A stretch of 62,839 bases of DNA, the filler included, from Octopus bimaculoides (lineage: Eukaryota), in the NCBI RefSeq assembly GCF_001194135.2. It is 7 parts of 5 records of this genome, joined end to end, with 100 filler letters (N's around TTAATTAATTAA, not from the genome) between each part and the next. Parts side by side here need not be neighbours in the genome. Positions count along the whole stretch, not along the records: positions 1 to 11,277 come from NC_068990.1; positions 11,378 to 32,321 come from NC_068983.1; 5 more parts are not named here. The stretch is one strand, 5' to 3'. Each line of letters begins with the position of its first letter. Position 1 is the first letter of the stretch. Both the position numbers and the translations under genes were made by a program. The notes under the pieces were generated by a model that did no database searches, was not told the DNA's origin, and saw only the letters and a list, made by a program, of their open reading frames with translations. Below, piece after piece: positions 1 to 12,702 of the stretch.

Positions 1-454
1 CTGACAGGCTTCGCCTTGATTTCCAAAATGCGCCAATGTGGACTTCCAGTGGCTCATTAATGTCATACTTAGATAAAGATTTCAATTAGGTTAACAGAGA
101 GTGTAAGATTCCCACAGTTTTAGATCGTTGGCTATTGAGACTACAAATTCAGGACATTTGAAGCCAACTTAGAAAAAAGCAATTAGACGGACCCAGTAAC
201 TAAAAGATGAAAGCATCCATACCGGTGCGGGAAGGTTTCGAAGATTGGATTAGTGTACTAGTTTAGCAGGAATTGACGGAAGGCATCATAAACAACAGGT
301 GGTGGGTTTCTCTAAAAGAAATAAAATATATAAATAAATACCAGACATGCGTCAGTTAAATTTTGCAAAGAGATGGCTTTAGAAAGCAATAGAATAAAGA
401 ACAAACTAGTTAGTAGCTTCGACAATGATGTAGTACGTTGTGTAATGCTTCTTC

Positions 455-1078
455 GTGTTCTTGTACACCTTGTTTAGTTCTTTCTTTTTTCTTGCTTTCA
501 ATGTGCCCTCATCTCTAAGTATTACTAACAAGGTTTTCTATAGATATCTCAGATACTTCTCTCGTTCAATGCACACGCAGCTTTCTACAATTATCAGTCC
601 TCTTCCCCCATTTGGTCGTTTTACGTATAGACAATCAATGTCTGTTCGTGGATGATGGATTCAATGCATGGTTAGGAGCTTTCTTGTCTTCCAGTCCATC
701 TCCTTTTCTTCTTTTCCTGTCTTCTGCCCACTTTAAATTTCCAGCTCCATACCGAACTATTGCAACTGCGAACGAGTTTATTGCCGAATTTATGTTACTG
801 CCATACAACTTCGAATCCAATTTATTTCTCAATCGCCGCACACTCTTGCCTTGTTTTTTTCTTTCATATCGCCATGCTTAATTCCATCTACTTCAAGTAT
901 TCCTATGTATTTATATTCGGTTTAGTTACCTTCATCATTTCACTATTTGGCATACATATTCATTTTGTTCTGACAAACTTACTTAATTTCCTCACTATCA
1001 CCGCACATTTTGAAAGTCCAAGCTCCATCTTGATAATATTTGAGAAAATCCGCATAGAATGGACTAGACAGTCCAAAT
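455..1078 (-). mobile_element. Decayed R4/Dong-clade non-LTR retrotransposon, RT C-terminal region
   Basis: Minus-strand frames, with stops and frameshifts, give RIFSNIIKMELGLSKCAVI, EYKYIGILEVD, RRLRNKLDSKLYGSNINSAINSFAVAIVRYGAG and KTRKLLTMH*IHHPRTDIDCLYVKRPNGGRGL. These match the R4/Dong YKYLG and LYxxRxxGGRGL motifs. Confidence 0.9.
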
Positions 1079-1099
1079 TTGGTTCACTTCATTCTTATT

Positions 1100-1132
<33 letters not shown>

Positions 1133-1198
1133 GCTGCTGCTGATGCTGCTGATGCTGCTGATGCTGTTGTAGTTGTTGCTGCTGTTATTGTTATTATT

Positions 1199-1420
1199 AA
1201 GGCAGAGATCTGGCAGAATCATTAGCCCGCCGGGCAAAGTACTCGGTGGTATTTCACCCGTTGCTACGTTCTGAGTTCAAATTCTGCCGAGATCGATTTT
1301 GCCTTTCACCCTTTCGGGGTCGATAAATTAAGTACCAGTTGAACACTGGGATCTCTGTAATCGACTTATCCTCTCACTCCCCCCCCCCTCAAAAAAAATC
1401 TAGTGCCCTTTGAAACCATT
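1199..1420 (+). mobile_element. tRNA-derived SINE, local family M
   Basis: Head GGCAGAATCATTAGC...GAGTTCAAATTC (A/B-box like) plus core GCCTTTCACCCTTTCGGGGTCGATAAATTAAGTACCAG. About 16 related copies occur in the window. The core resembles the Meta-SINE domain from memory (unverified). Confidence 0.88.
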
Positions 1421-2734
1421 ATTATTGTTGTTGTCATCTTTATTATTTTATTTTTATTATTACATTTGTTAATAATATGAACGGCAACAACAATAATAAA
1501 TTATAAAACAACGACGACCACGACGACCGCGACGACCGCGATGATGATGATGATTATGGTGAAATATTGGCATATAATAAAATAAATATGACAATAATAA
1601 TGTATTTATATTATCATTGTACAATATAATTCTTTAGTCTCTCCCAGATATTTCACACACACATACACACATACGCACTCATAGACATAAACTTGATGCG
1701 TACACACAGGAAATGTTTATATACATAAATCTCTTTCTGTTTCTGTTTCTGTGTATGACAATTTAGCTATGTATCTCATTTATATCTGTATGTGCGTGAG
1801 TATACGTTTTATGTGTATGTGTATTTATATTTATTTGCGTGCGTTCATTTAAGTGAACTGAATGCCTCATTATCTAATTCTTTCATAAATTTTATTCATT
1901 GCTCACATGAAATTGAATACACGAGATACACACCCTGTCCCTAATCCTTACACACTACATCGACATCAGCAGCGGGAATCCAATCACCACCTTATTATTA
2001 ACAATTAGTCTAACTACTACCCCCACTATCCCTCTCGGTCTAATTGAATCTACTCCATTACCTGCGAACACATTATAATATTCACTTTACCATCTATAAC
2101 AATCTTTGTTCAAGTTTCGTCCCCAAATTTCCAACAATAAAAATCTGATTGAAATCAATTATAAACATGTAAATTCTGTCCATTTCCTATCGTAAATTTT
2201 GATAACATCAGCAAATATGAATCCAAGCCATAAATATCGGTTCATGCGATAAACTTCAATATTGAATAAACTATATTTGCATGGCTTTTGTTATCGAGTG
2301 TTATCAGACACCGTGGTGGAATAACTGGTTATTTAATGTATTATTAAATATAATATATCAAGGATATCATAGCGTATTAGATAGATTTACTTCTCTTGCC
2401 TATCAAACTCAACGTTTGTTTTGTTGTCATCCAAAACGGGACTTGGAGTAGCGTGATTTTGGTGTTGATATTTACGCAGACACGCAAAGTTTTGTCTACT
2501 CAGACCCTTAATGCAAAGAGAGATGGTTTAGGTAGATATTCACCTGCCTGCGTAATAATGTTTAACTATTTACTTTTTAAATACGTTGCTTGTTCTCATA
2601 CTCAGATTTTTAAGCGTGTTCATAGGAATTTTGCTGTGGAGGATAACATAATTTCGTTTCTGTTATATGTTGACTCCTCGTAGCGTACATTGCCTTGAAC
2701 TGGTTAGAGACTATATCTATCTATCTATCTATCA

Positions 2735-2809
<75 letters not shown>

Positions 2810-2882
2810 ATATATACGTAAGACGTCTAAGAGATCATAAGTCGGGGGAAAGGTGCACTGGTATATTTGTCAATCGAGTAGT

Positions 2883-3156
2883 TATATTATCCGAAATACA
2901 CAGCATTATATATCCATTACAGCTAATCTTACCAATCAGTTTCGCTCAAGGAATACAATGGAGTGTTAGATAACAATCCAATTATATAACCTTACACACA
3001 TCAGAGTTAGCTTATATGGAAGGGAATATCGGCTAACTCTAATGAGCGTAAGGTTATATAATCGGATTGTTACCTAACACTCCACTGTATTCCTTGCGCG
3101 AAACCGATAGGTAAAATGAGCTGTAATGGATATATAACACTCTACATTTCGGATTT

Positions 3157-3160
<4 letters not shown>
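2883..3160. mobile_element. Foldback MITE-like element (about 128-bp imperfect inverted arms, 20-bp spacer)
   Basis: Left arm ...TATCCATTACAGCTAATCTTACCAATCAGTTTCGCTCAAGGAATACAATGGAGTGTTAG... is the reverse complement of right arm ...CTAACACTCCACTGTATTCCTTGCGCGAAACCGATAGGTAAAATGAGCTGTAATGGATA. The element abuts (TA)n. Confidence 0.85.
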
Positions 3161-3196
<36 letters not shown>

Positions 3197-4504
3197 TATA
3201 CATATATATACACATACATTTATACATATATATGCATATATAGATAAATATATACGTATGTATATATGCATGTTATGTACACATACATGCATACACACAA
3301 GCACACACACACACACACACACACATATGTATGTGTGGTTCCCTCTTTAAAACAGTGAACTGGAGAAGGAATACTTAATACAGATCGAGAAAGAAGCTTA
3401 TTTAAGCCTGTTGATTGAAATTTACATAAGCATGCTGCTGCTACTGCTGCTGCTGTCGCTGTTGCATCTACGGGTGCGTCAGACTGTGTAAAAATACACG
3501 TTACACTACCCCAATGACGGAAGAATGTGTGAAGAAATATGTACATGATAACAATACTACTGACAATACTGAAATTAATAGTTATATAATTGCTAAAACA
3601 AGTTCATAAAAATAAGTGATGATGATGATGATGATGATGAGGAGGAGGAGGAGGAGGAGGAGGAGGAGGAGGGGGAGGATTAATACTGAGGCCAGTAACG
3701 TGTGACCGACAATTCGAAGTATGAACAAAGGTGTTATAGGGGTCAAGATCTTGTCTTTTTTTTTTTTTACATAGGGTAACTTTATCAAATATCTTCTGTT
3801 TAGAGTAATTTCTACGGTTATATAAAAGAAATTTAGTTCGTATTTCTCTTCCATCTATCAAGTTCGTTGAAGTTTCGTCGTTTCCACTTTAAAAGTGGCA
3901 ATCTCTTTTAACTCCTGCTAAGGACGGATAGAGCAGGCCTATGATCAAAAGCTTAACAGTGGCAATAGTCCTGTCCTTTTTATATTTAGAATAATGTATC
4001 TAAGTGTACACTATCTCATGTGTACTTTGTTTTTTTTTATAAGATGGTAGATTAGTATTTCCTTGAGATTTGGCTATTTCTGCACACCATCTACAACTGA
4101 AAAAACAGAATATGGAGGACTAATATGCCCATTAGTATATCTAGAACTACACTCGTCTATGCTATGTGTCCTAACTTTTTGAAGACGATAAAGTACGATT
4201 TGCGGAATATTCGGTTCTTCTTTCTAGTCATCAGACACTTTTGTGGCACATCGTATGTTACTCATTTGAGATGCAATTTGGCTTTCTGTGAGATGAAACA
4301 GACTGAAATTTCTTAAAAAGGACTTTTCATGGGAGATAAAAAAAAAAAAAAAGCGACACATCTGTTTTGTAAGAGAAATGTCATATGTAAAAGTTGTGCC
4401 GCTGGTTCATTTGATAGCTGATCAGAAGATAAATAATTTTCCTTATTTGGTGAAATGGTGTAAAATCTCGCATAGGGACAATAACAGTGAAACACGGATA
4501 CTTT

Positions 4505-4997
4505 CAGGTGTGGCTTTGTGGTAAGAAGCTAACTTCCCAACCACATGGTTCCAGTTTCAGTCCCACTGTGTGACACTTTGGTCGACTGTCTTCTGCTATA
4601 CTCGCAGGCCGACCAAAGCCTTGTAAATGGATTTGGTAGATAGAAATTGAAAAGAATCCCGTTGTGTATACATACATATGTGTGTGTGTATGTATATATG
4701 TATATATGTCTGTGTGTGTGTGTATGTATATATGTATATATGTATGTGTGTGTATGTATGAATGTGTATATGTATATATATCTATGTATGCGTGTTTTTG
4801 TGTCTGCATTTATCTCGCACCCCCGCTTGAAATCGGTGTTGGTGTGTTTACGTCCCTGTAACTTAGCGGTTCGGCATAATAACTGATAAAATAAGTACTA
4901 GGCCCCAAAAATAAGTCCTGGAGTCGATTTATTCAACTAAAACTCTTCAAGGCGGTGCCCCAGCATGGCTGTATTCAAATGGCCAAAACAAGTAATA
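4505..4997 (+). mobile_element. Full-length SINE, local family C (tRNA head + CORE-like block + internal TA/TG microsatellite + CR1-like tail)
   Basis: Head GTGGCTTTGTGGTAAGAAGC...GGTTCCAGTTTCAGTCCC, internal microsatellite about 4655-4795, then CCCTGTAACTTAGCGGTTCGGC...GGCGGTGCCCCAGCATGG. The same architecture recurs at 23396, 51562 and 54778. Confidence 0.88.
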
Positions 4998-5162
4998 TAC
5001 ATATATATATTTGCGTTTTCGATTTCTTCCAATAATAGTTAAACTATCTCATCAATCCTTGTCACAAGAGGAAGAGCAGAATGGAATGAAATTACTAGAG
5101 AGCATTTCGTGAATATTGAATACGCCTTTCACTCATAAATGTAAATGCTTTTCTTCTTACAG

Positions 5163-5279
5163 AGTGGCAGGAATAGGTCAGAATAGCAAGATTATAATTT
5201 CCCCTGTTGAAAGGCACAACTTGTTTGACATAGCTCAGTCTAAAATTCAACCTGGCGCTCTTTACACCCCGCATATAAT
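5163..5279 (+). CDS. Candidate internal coding exon A of an unidentified host gene (117 nt, phase 2/2)
   Basis: Acceptor TTTTCTTCTTACAG, donor AT|GTAATA. Only one frame is open: VAGIGQNSKIIISPVERHNLFDIAQSKIQPGALYTPHI. Phase-compatible with the candidate at 9751. Confidence 0.5.
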
Positions 5280-7155
5280 GTAATAGACTGGTTGTTATTT
5301 GGAAAGCTATTATTCTGCACTTTATGTTTACACACACAAACACATATGTACACGCATACTATAATACGTCGTCGTTGTGGGAGAATTCTTAAGCATATTT
5401 ATTTAATAAATTTATGTAATTAATAAATTTATGTGAATATATTTCTCCATATGTTTATATTCAAGACCGCGTTTATCTTTCTGTATCGGACAATTTCTTT
5501 GATTACATATTTCAGATCAAACAACTTGTTTCTACCCTTTGTACAGCTCTCTATCTCTTTCTCTCTTTCGTTATCCTCCTCTCTTACTTTGTATCATGCT
5601 TTCTTTTACAGTTTTTCTTTTTTAATTTATTGAGTTGCTGATCTATCCCTCCCTTTCTCCCCCCCCCTCTCTCTCTCTTTCGCAATATGCATGCGTGCGT
5701 ACACTCATGCACACAGTATTTACACATATGTGTGTGTGTGAGAGTGTGTGTGTGTGTACACGAACATATGTGTCTATACATACATACATTTATTTATGTT
5801 TGTGTATATCCATATCTTCAGGAATAAGATGTGTTGTGAACATAATTCTCCCGCCTGTATTCTTCCATTACTCTTTATCCTTCCGTTTACTCCTTTATTC
5901 TTCTATTTTATTCCTTATAAACTCTGAATATATTTTATTCCTTGTAAACTGTAAGTTTTCCCTGTCTAAAATATCCATACCTTGTCGCTGATGATGTAAT
6001 ACTCAGTGCGTGGTTATGCTAACGTACCACTTGTGTTATCCCGGAAACGGCTTACGTAATTAAATTATTGTAAATGGTTTGAGATACTATTTCTGCCTTA
6101 GTTTTGTGTTCTCCTCTAATATAATAGACAAACGCACACACAAACACACACACATGCACACACACNNNNNNNNNNNNNNNNNNNNNNNNNNNNNNNNNNN
6201 NNNNNNNNNNNNNNNNNNNNNNNNNNNNNNNNNNNNNNNNNNNNNNNNNNNNNNNNNNNNNNNNNNNNNNNNNNNNNNNNNNNNNNNNNNNNNNNNNNNN
6301 NNNNNNNNNNNNNNNNNNNNNNNNNNNNNNNNNNNNNNNNNNNNNNNNNNNNNNNNNNNNNNNNNNNNNNNNNNNNNNNNNNNNNNNNNNNNNNNNNNNN
6401 NNNNNNNNNNNNNNNNNNNNNNNNNNNNNNNNNNNNNNNNNNNNNNNNNNNNNNNNNNNNNNNNNNNNNNNNNNNNNNNNNNNNNNNNNNNNNNNNNNNN
6501 NNNNNNNNNNNNNNNNNNNNNNNNNNNNNNNNNNNNNNNNNNNNNNNNNNNNNNNNNNNNNNNNNNNNNNNNNNNNNNNNNNNNNNNNNNNNNNNNNNNN
6601 NNNNNNNNNNNNNNNNNNNNNNNNNNNNNNNNNNNNNNNNNNNNNNNNNNNNNNNNNNNNNNNNNNNNNNNNNNNNNNNNNNNNNNNNNNNNNNNNNNNN
6701 NNNNNNNNNNNNNNNNNNNNNNNNNNNNNNNNNNNNNNNNNNNNNNNNNNNNNNNNNNNNNNNNNNNNNNNNNNNNNNNNNNNNNNNNNNNNNNNNNNNN
6801 NNNNNNNNNNNNNNNNNNNNNNNNNNNNNNNNNNNNNNNNNNNNNNNNNNNNNNNNNNNNNNNNNNNNNNNNNNNNNNNNNNNNNNNNNNNNNNNNNNNN
6901 NNNNNNNNNNNNNNNNNNNNNNNNNNNNNNNNNNNNNNNNNNNNNNNNNNNNNNNNNNNNNNNNNNNNNNNNNNNNNNNNNNNNNNNNNNNNNNNNNNNN
7001 NNNNNNNNNNNNNNNNNNNNNNNNNNNNNNNNNNNNNNNNNNNNNNNNNNNNNNNNNNNNNNNNNNNNNNNNNNNNNNNNNNNNNNNNNNNNNNNNNNNN
7101 NNNNNNNNNNNNNNNNNNNNNNNNNNNNNNNNNNNNNNNNNNNNNNNNNNNNNNN

Positions 7156-7200
<45 letters not shown>

Positions 7201-7603
7201 GTATATATAGATTATTCTTATATTCTCTTACTCCATTCAGCGACGCGGATGCGGTCATGCGGGGCATCACCGTGGAATAAAACCATGCGTCCCCATTCCG
7301 GGGAAACGATACATGAATGCATACATACATACATACATACATATATACATACATACATATATGCATCTATGTATACAAACATAAGCAAACACACACACAT
7401 ACTATAACATACATCTTCTCTGCATTACATATATCCAAAGTAGTGTCCACATCTTCAGTATGCTGCAACCTTTCTAAATACCCATGAAATCACTCCCTCA
7501 ACCCGCTTAATCTACATGTGATTTCCGATTTTATAATATTCTTGATATTATCGATTTAGGCACGGTCACCAATAAGAATAACAATGATTTAAAGCATGGG
7601 TGT

Positions 7604-7986
7604 GGAAGCGCAATGGCCCAGTAGTTAGGGCAGCAAACTCGCTGTCATAAGATTACGGTTTCGATTCCCAGACCGGGCGTTGTGAGTGTTTATTGAGCGA
7701 AAACACCTAAAAGCTCCATGAGGCTCCGGCAGGGGATGGTGGCAAACCCTGCTGTACTCTTTCACCACAACTTTCTCTCACTCTCACTTCCTGTTTCTGT
7801 TGTGCCTGTAATTTAAAGGGTCAGCCTTGTCACACTGAGTCACGCTGAATATCCCCGACAACTGCGTTAAGGGTACACGTGTATGTGGAGTGCTCAGCCA
7901 CTTGCACGTTAATTTCACGAGCAGGCTGTTCCGTTGATCGGATCAACTGGAACCCTCGACGTCGTAAGCGACGGAGTGCCAACAAC
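7604..7986 (+). mobile_element. SINE, local family R (tRNA-Arg-like head + T tail module)
   Basis: GGAAGCGCAATGGCCCAGTAGTTAGG...GGTTTCGATTCCCAGACCGGGCG head, tail ending GACGGAGTGCCAACAAC. Near-identical copy at 28972. May correspond to the described octopus OR/OK SINEs (unverified). Confidence 0.9.
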
Positions 7987-8940
7987 ACACAACACAAAGC
8001 ATGGGTAGAATGCCTCGGTTTTACGTCTAGGTAGATTTCAACTGAGCTATATCTATTGTTTTTCTGGTGCATAATACATGAGATGAAAGGAGTAAAAATT
8101 CAGAACTTAGAGTGACATAACTCAACACATTTTGTCCGATGATGTCCATGTCAATATCATCGACGATTGTGATGTTGATAACAATTGAAATGAAAGTTTT
8201 GGAGAGATTTAAACACAGCATCATAAGCTACTAAAAACTTCTGTTAATCGATTTAGAAGCCTTAATACTTCCATTACGACACATTGGCATGAACATTATA
8301 GCTTCGAATTTTGAAGTAGGGATTTCTTTGTTACAATATATAGATTTTTAATTTCGTTGGAAGAAGAATTTTATGAGATTTCGGACAGATTTCTTAGTCC
8401 AAGAACTAAAAAAGTATTTTTGTGTCCATCTAACGAAATTTGATGATAGTTTAAAATATCGCAATAGTAACAAAATACGAGTCTTACACGAAAACTCATT
8501 CGGTGATTGAAAGGTAATGTGATGTTCTTGCGTTTAGTACTAAGTAAGTATTGTACAAAAATATCCATATATTAATACACTAAGGCCGAAATGCTTTTCG
8601 CTGTCACGTGAGTAGTTGAAGAGATACGCGAAGAAAGAGAAAGAAAGAAAAAGACTGACAGAGAAAGAGAGAAAGGCGAAGAGCGAGAAAGAAAGACGGA
8701 GAAAGAAAAAAGATGAAGAAAAGTGGGAGAGAGACGTGTCCATGATGTGAGATAGAGGGAACGTATTATTTATTAAGGGTTAAAAAGTTAGGTGAACCGA
8801 GTAATACAGAGAAACAGAGTTAGAAATACAATTCTTAGCAGAGATGTGATGTTCTGGTGGCGAGGTTAAAGAAAGACAGAGAGAGAGACAGACAGACAGA
8901 GGGAGAGAAGAGAGGCAGATAACTAGAGAGATAGGGAGAA

Positions 8941-9022
8941 AGAAAGAGAGTTACAGAGAGAAAGAGAGTTACAGAGAGAAAGAGAGTTACAGAGAGAAAG
9001 AGAGTTACAGAGAGAAAGAGAG
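8941..9022. repeat. 18-bp minisatellite (AGAGAGAAAGAGAGTTAC), about 4.5 copies
   Basis: Perfect tandem units read directly. Confidence 0.9.
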
Positions 9023-9750
9023 AGGAGAGTGAGAGTAGTGGCGTTATTGCTGACCGGTGCATTAAGCAATCATGTGATGAGAGGAAGTGAGAAAGGAAGA
9101 GAAAAAGAAAGAATGATAACTATGTGAAGAGGAGGATGACATGGTTTTAAAAAGTTTGTTGAAATTTGAAGTTGAGGGGAAAGAGAGAGTGAAAGAGAAA
9201 TACAAAGTGTTTAGTAGAGTGAAATGTTAAACCTCTTATATTATTGTAATAAGAAAATAACATTTTAATATTCAATTTTTTTATTTCTTTTGTCAGTTGA
9301 TCTATTTATTTATCTATCCACTTTGACAAATACATCAAGGAGTCGATAGAAGAAGGAATAATACTAATAAACTTATAGAAAGATAAATATTTCAATGTAA
9401 GTGAAAAAAAAAACATCGCACACTTGCCGTGAAAGATAATTTTTTTTCAAATTTGTTATTCGAACTTTAGATTGACAGCAATAAAAGCAGATATAAACAA
9501 ATAAATGAACTGGAGTGAAATCAAATAATCTTCTTAGTGAACAACTATGAGCTTCGTTACTGAAAACTATAATAATGATGATAGTGGTGGTGAGATGGTA
9601 AATAGATAGAGAAAAATGTAGTTTCTTTTCAATTGAACTAAATTTTTTATCTCACCTTTCACTTAAGGCATGCGCATAAGTGCAATTATTTATCGTCTGC
9701 TAGCTTGAAAATGATTACTGATTAACCACTAATAAAAATCTTATTTTCAG

Positions 9751-9790
9751 AAATGATGTTACTAGCATACTACATTATACCATTAAAACG
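9751..9790 (+). CDS. Candidate coding exon B (40 nt, phase 2/0)
   Basis: Branch-like CTAAT, acceptor CTTATTTTCAG, donor ACG|GTAAAG. Continues exon A in frame as (I)NDVTSILHYTIKT. Confidence 0.55.
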
Positions 9791-10245
9791 GTAAAGCATA
9801 CCTGAAATCGATCTGCCCACATTTTCAAGCAAATCGTGCAAGCACGTAAATGATTTCTCATTCGGTTTCGTTTAAGATTGTTTGTAAGAATTTACTGTCA
9901 TGATTATAAGTCTTATACAACAATTTTAGTAAGTTATGACTATTGCGCATAAATTAATTATGAAACATAAGAAACAAAGCATCCAATTTACAAAAAAAGA
10001 AAAAGTTAGTCATGCAGAATGGCTTCGGTAAATTACTGAAGTTTTGGAATTTCAATATGAACAATAGGTAAATGAAGTTGAAATAAACTAATTCCATACA
10101 AAAGAGGAAAGTCATCAGTCAAGAAACTGGAATCACCTATAAAGTAGATCCTCAGTGCCCATAACAGGTTTACGGTAACATATGGATACACATGTATGTA
10201 TATATATATATATATGTATGTATGCATGTATGTATGTATATATAT

Positions 10246-10355
<110 letters not shown>

Positions 10356-11277
10356 AATATATATACATACATATATGTACATGTGTATGTACTCATGCAT
10401 GTATGTATGCATGTATGTATGTATGTATGTATGTATGTATGCCTGTATACACGCACTCTACTGCAAGTATCGGTGGAAACATCGAAGGTGGTCTGAGAGA
10501 AGAGTGATACATATGATTAAAGATTCCGATTCGCCATTAATTTATAGCTTAAAGTCTGTCGAGATCGGATGTTGCAAAACTGCAGTTAAACACAGCCCAA
10601 TCAAAGCAAAAGTAAAAGAGAATAGACAAATAAGTCAGAATATTATACAATGGAAACAAATATGGAAGTGAAGAAGATATACTCCACCTCTTCTTCATTC
10701 TCCTCCTGCTTATTATCCTCCCCCTCCTCCTCCTCCTCCTCCTCCTCCTCCTCCTTCCCTCCTTTTCCTTGTACTACTAGAACAGAAACAACAATACTAC
10801 TAATATTACTAATAACGTTAATATCCATAATATTACTGCAGATGATATTAATACTAGTGATGATATCATAATGAAAACTAACATTTACAAACAATATATC
10901 GATATAAAAAAAGAATCAGAAAATTCTTTGATATTCTTTGCCAACTCACACCATCGCTTACAGCACTACTGCCACCACTGCCACCACTACTGTTGAAACT
11001 AGTGCAAGTACTATGACTACCGCCATTACTGACTCTAATACCGCTACCACCGGCATCGATACTCAGGATCTGTTTCAAGTTAGAGTTAAGTAGAGCTTCA
11101 AAGGACACCCTAACAGATGGAAGAAATTAGCTCGAAATGGTTTGGATACCACGAAAACCATAGTAACGGTTGATTTGTGTGTTAAATGTTTGTCTGAAGT
11201 TCTTAGAATCAACAACCAAGAGTAAAAGAGTGATGTACAAATATGTATGTATACATATATATATATATATATATATA

Positions 11278-11377
11278 NNNNNNNNNNNNNNNNNNNNNNN
11301 NNNNNNNNNNNNNNNNNNNNNTTAATTAATTAANNNNNNNNNNNNNNNNNNNNNNNNNNNNNNNNNNNNNNNNNNNN
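11278..11377. other. Artificial scaffold-join spacer 44N-TTAATTAATTAA-44N
   Basis: The same spacer core occurs at 11322, 32366, 49752, 55917, 58472 and 61077. The 12-mer encodes stops in all six frames. Confidence 0.95.
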
Positions 11378-11459
11378 TATAATATTCAAATACCAGAGGA
11401 ATTTTTCTTGTTTCTGCCTGTCTCTGTTTCACTTGTTAACGCATGTGGGTTCGAGGTCG

Positions 11460-11495
<36 letters not shown>

Positions 11496-11616
11496 TTTCA
11501 ACTTTTGTCTTGAAGAGTTCGGTGAAACGAACGAAAGCACTGATAAAGAATTAACCAAAATACTGACTGCCACTTTTTTCTGAATATACAACACTTGTAC
11601 ACCACTTCAAGCATTT

Positions 11617-11656
<40 letters not shown>

Positions 11657-11720
11657 TATAAATATTTGGTAAGTATTCTTTGAAGTGTATAGCGAAATAT
11701 ATTGAAAATTTTTTCTGCTC

Positions 11721-11924
11721 TGGGCACAAGGCCCGAAATTTTGGGGGAGAGGCCAGTCGATTAGATCGACCCTAATACGCAACTGGTACTTAATTTATCG
11801 ACCCCGAACGGATGAAAGCAGAGTCGAAATCCTCCGTGGGATTTGAACTCAGAACGTAACGGCAGACGAAATACCGCTAAACATTTCGCCTGCCGTGCTA
11901 ACGTTTCTGCTAGCTCGCCGCCTT
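11721..11924 (-). mobile_element. SINE family M
   Basis: The reverse complement gives AAGGCGGCGAGCTAGCAGAAACGTTAGC...GAGTTCAAATCC...TTTCATCCGTTCGGGGTCGATAAATTAAGTACCAG. Confidence 0.88.
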
Positions 11925-11985
11925 CGAAATATACTAACAATGAAAGGAAACTGTCTGAGCTGTCCACGACTGACATCTACAGAAG

Positions 11986-12702
11986 GTGAAATTTGCTTGT
12001 CTGCATGAAATATTTGAAGCCAATGATAACACTTTTACTTCTGATTTGACAAGTCGGATTAAAGATGGGCACATATTTACGATCCGGAAATGGAGACGTC
12101 GCGTCCCTTCTGAAAGACCTAAGGAACTCAACAGTCAACGGACAACATAGAAAAGCATCGTGGTTGATTTCTGGACGTGTCATATGTGATGTTCGTTGAT
12201 TTTCTGAAACGCGGCTGTACTACGAACAATGAGCGGTGCATTGAGTTAGCAAAAATGAAAGCTTTGAGAAGTTATTAGGGATAGAGCGTGAGCAAGAACA
12301 TATACCAAGTATCGGAAACACATACCAAGTATCGGTAACATATACTAAATATCGATAAATTGGGATATGGTTTGTAGGCGACTCACCAACCGTACAGTTC
12401 TGGTTTTGAATCCCTCCGATCTTCATCGGTTTAGTGTAATAAGATGCAGTCTTTAGGGAGACAACGGTCTGATGTCACATAAGTTGAAAGTGGCTGTGAA
12501 AAAGCGGGCACAACAGCGCACACCTGAACACCTGGGTCTATTCAAAAGGAGTTGCGTTTAACGAATGATTCACTTGCGCCCAAGGCTGCGTCGAGTAGAA
12601 ACTTTGTATAGAGGAAGAATACAATTTGAACAGTCTTTGTCAACTAATAAAAATGTTATGCCTAGTTTTGCATTATTATCGATATGTGTAAGTGACCGCA
12701 CG
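11986..12702 (+). mobile_element. Highly decayed mariner (D,D34D-type) transposase and probable right end
   Basis: Frameshifted peptides D*RWAHIYDPE, SERPKELNSQRTT*KSIVVDFW, VMFVDFLKRGCTTNNERCIE, HQPYS and LNPSDLHRF correspond to mariner DETWVHHYDPE, KVMATVFW, IDFLERGQTIN and HPPYSPDLAPSDFHLF. Confidence 0.82.

Noticed and set aside
1-310. Frame containing LRLDFQNA, reminiscent of an RT LDFxNAF motif
   Set aside because: Multiple stops and no second motif.
5978-6062. CTGATGA...GGAAAC...GTA hammerhead-like order with an internal GTGGT/ACCAC hairpin
   Set aside because: Stem I cannot form and the base of stem II is poorly paired; no D box is present for a C/D snoRNA either.
7604-7680. tRNA-like sequences (also at 28972, 23396 and 33003)
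   Set aside because: They lack a complete cloverleaf and acceptor stem and continue into SINE bodies, so they are SINE heads rather than tRNA genes.
10945-11095. Thr-rich mucin-like frame (TTATTATTTVETSAST...)
   Set aside because: Degenerate ACT/ACC triplet repeat like many non-coding tracts here; no start or splice context.
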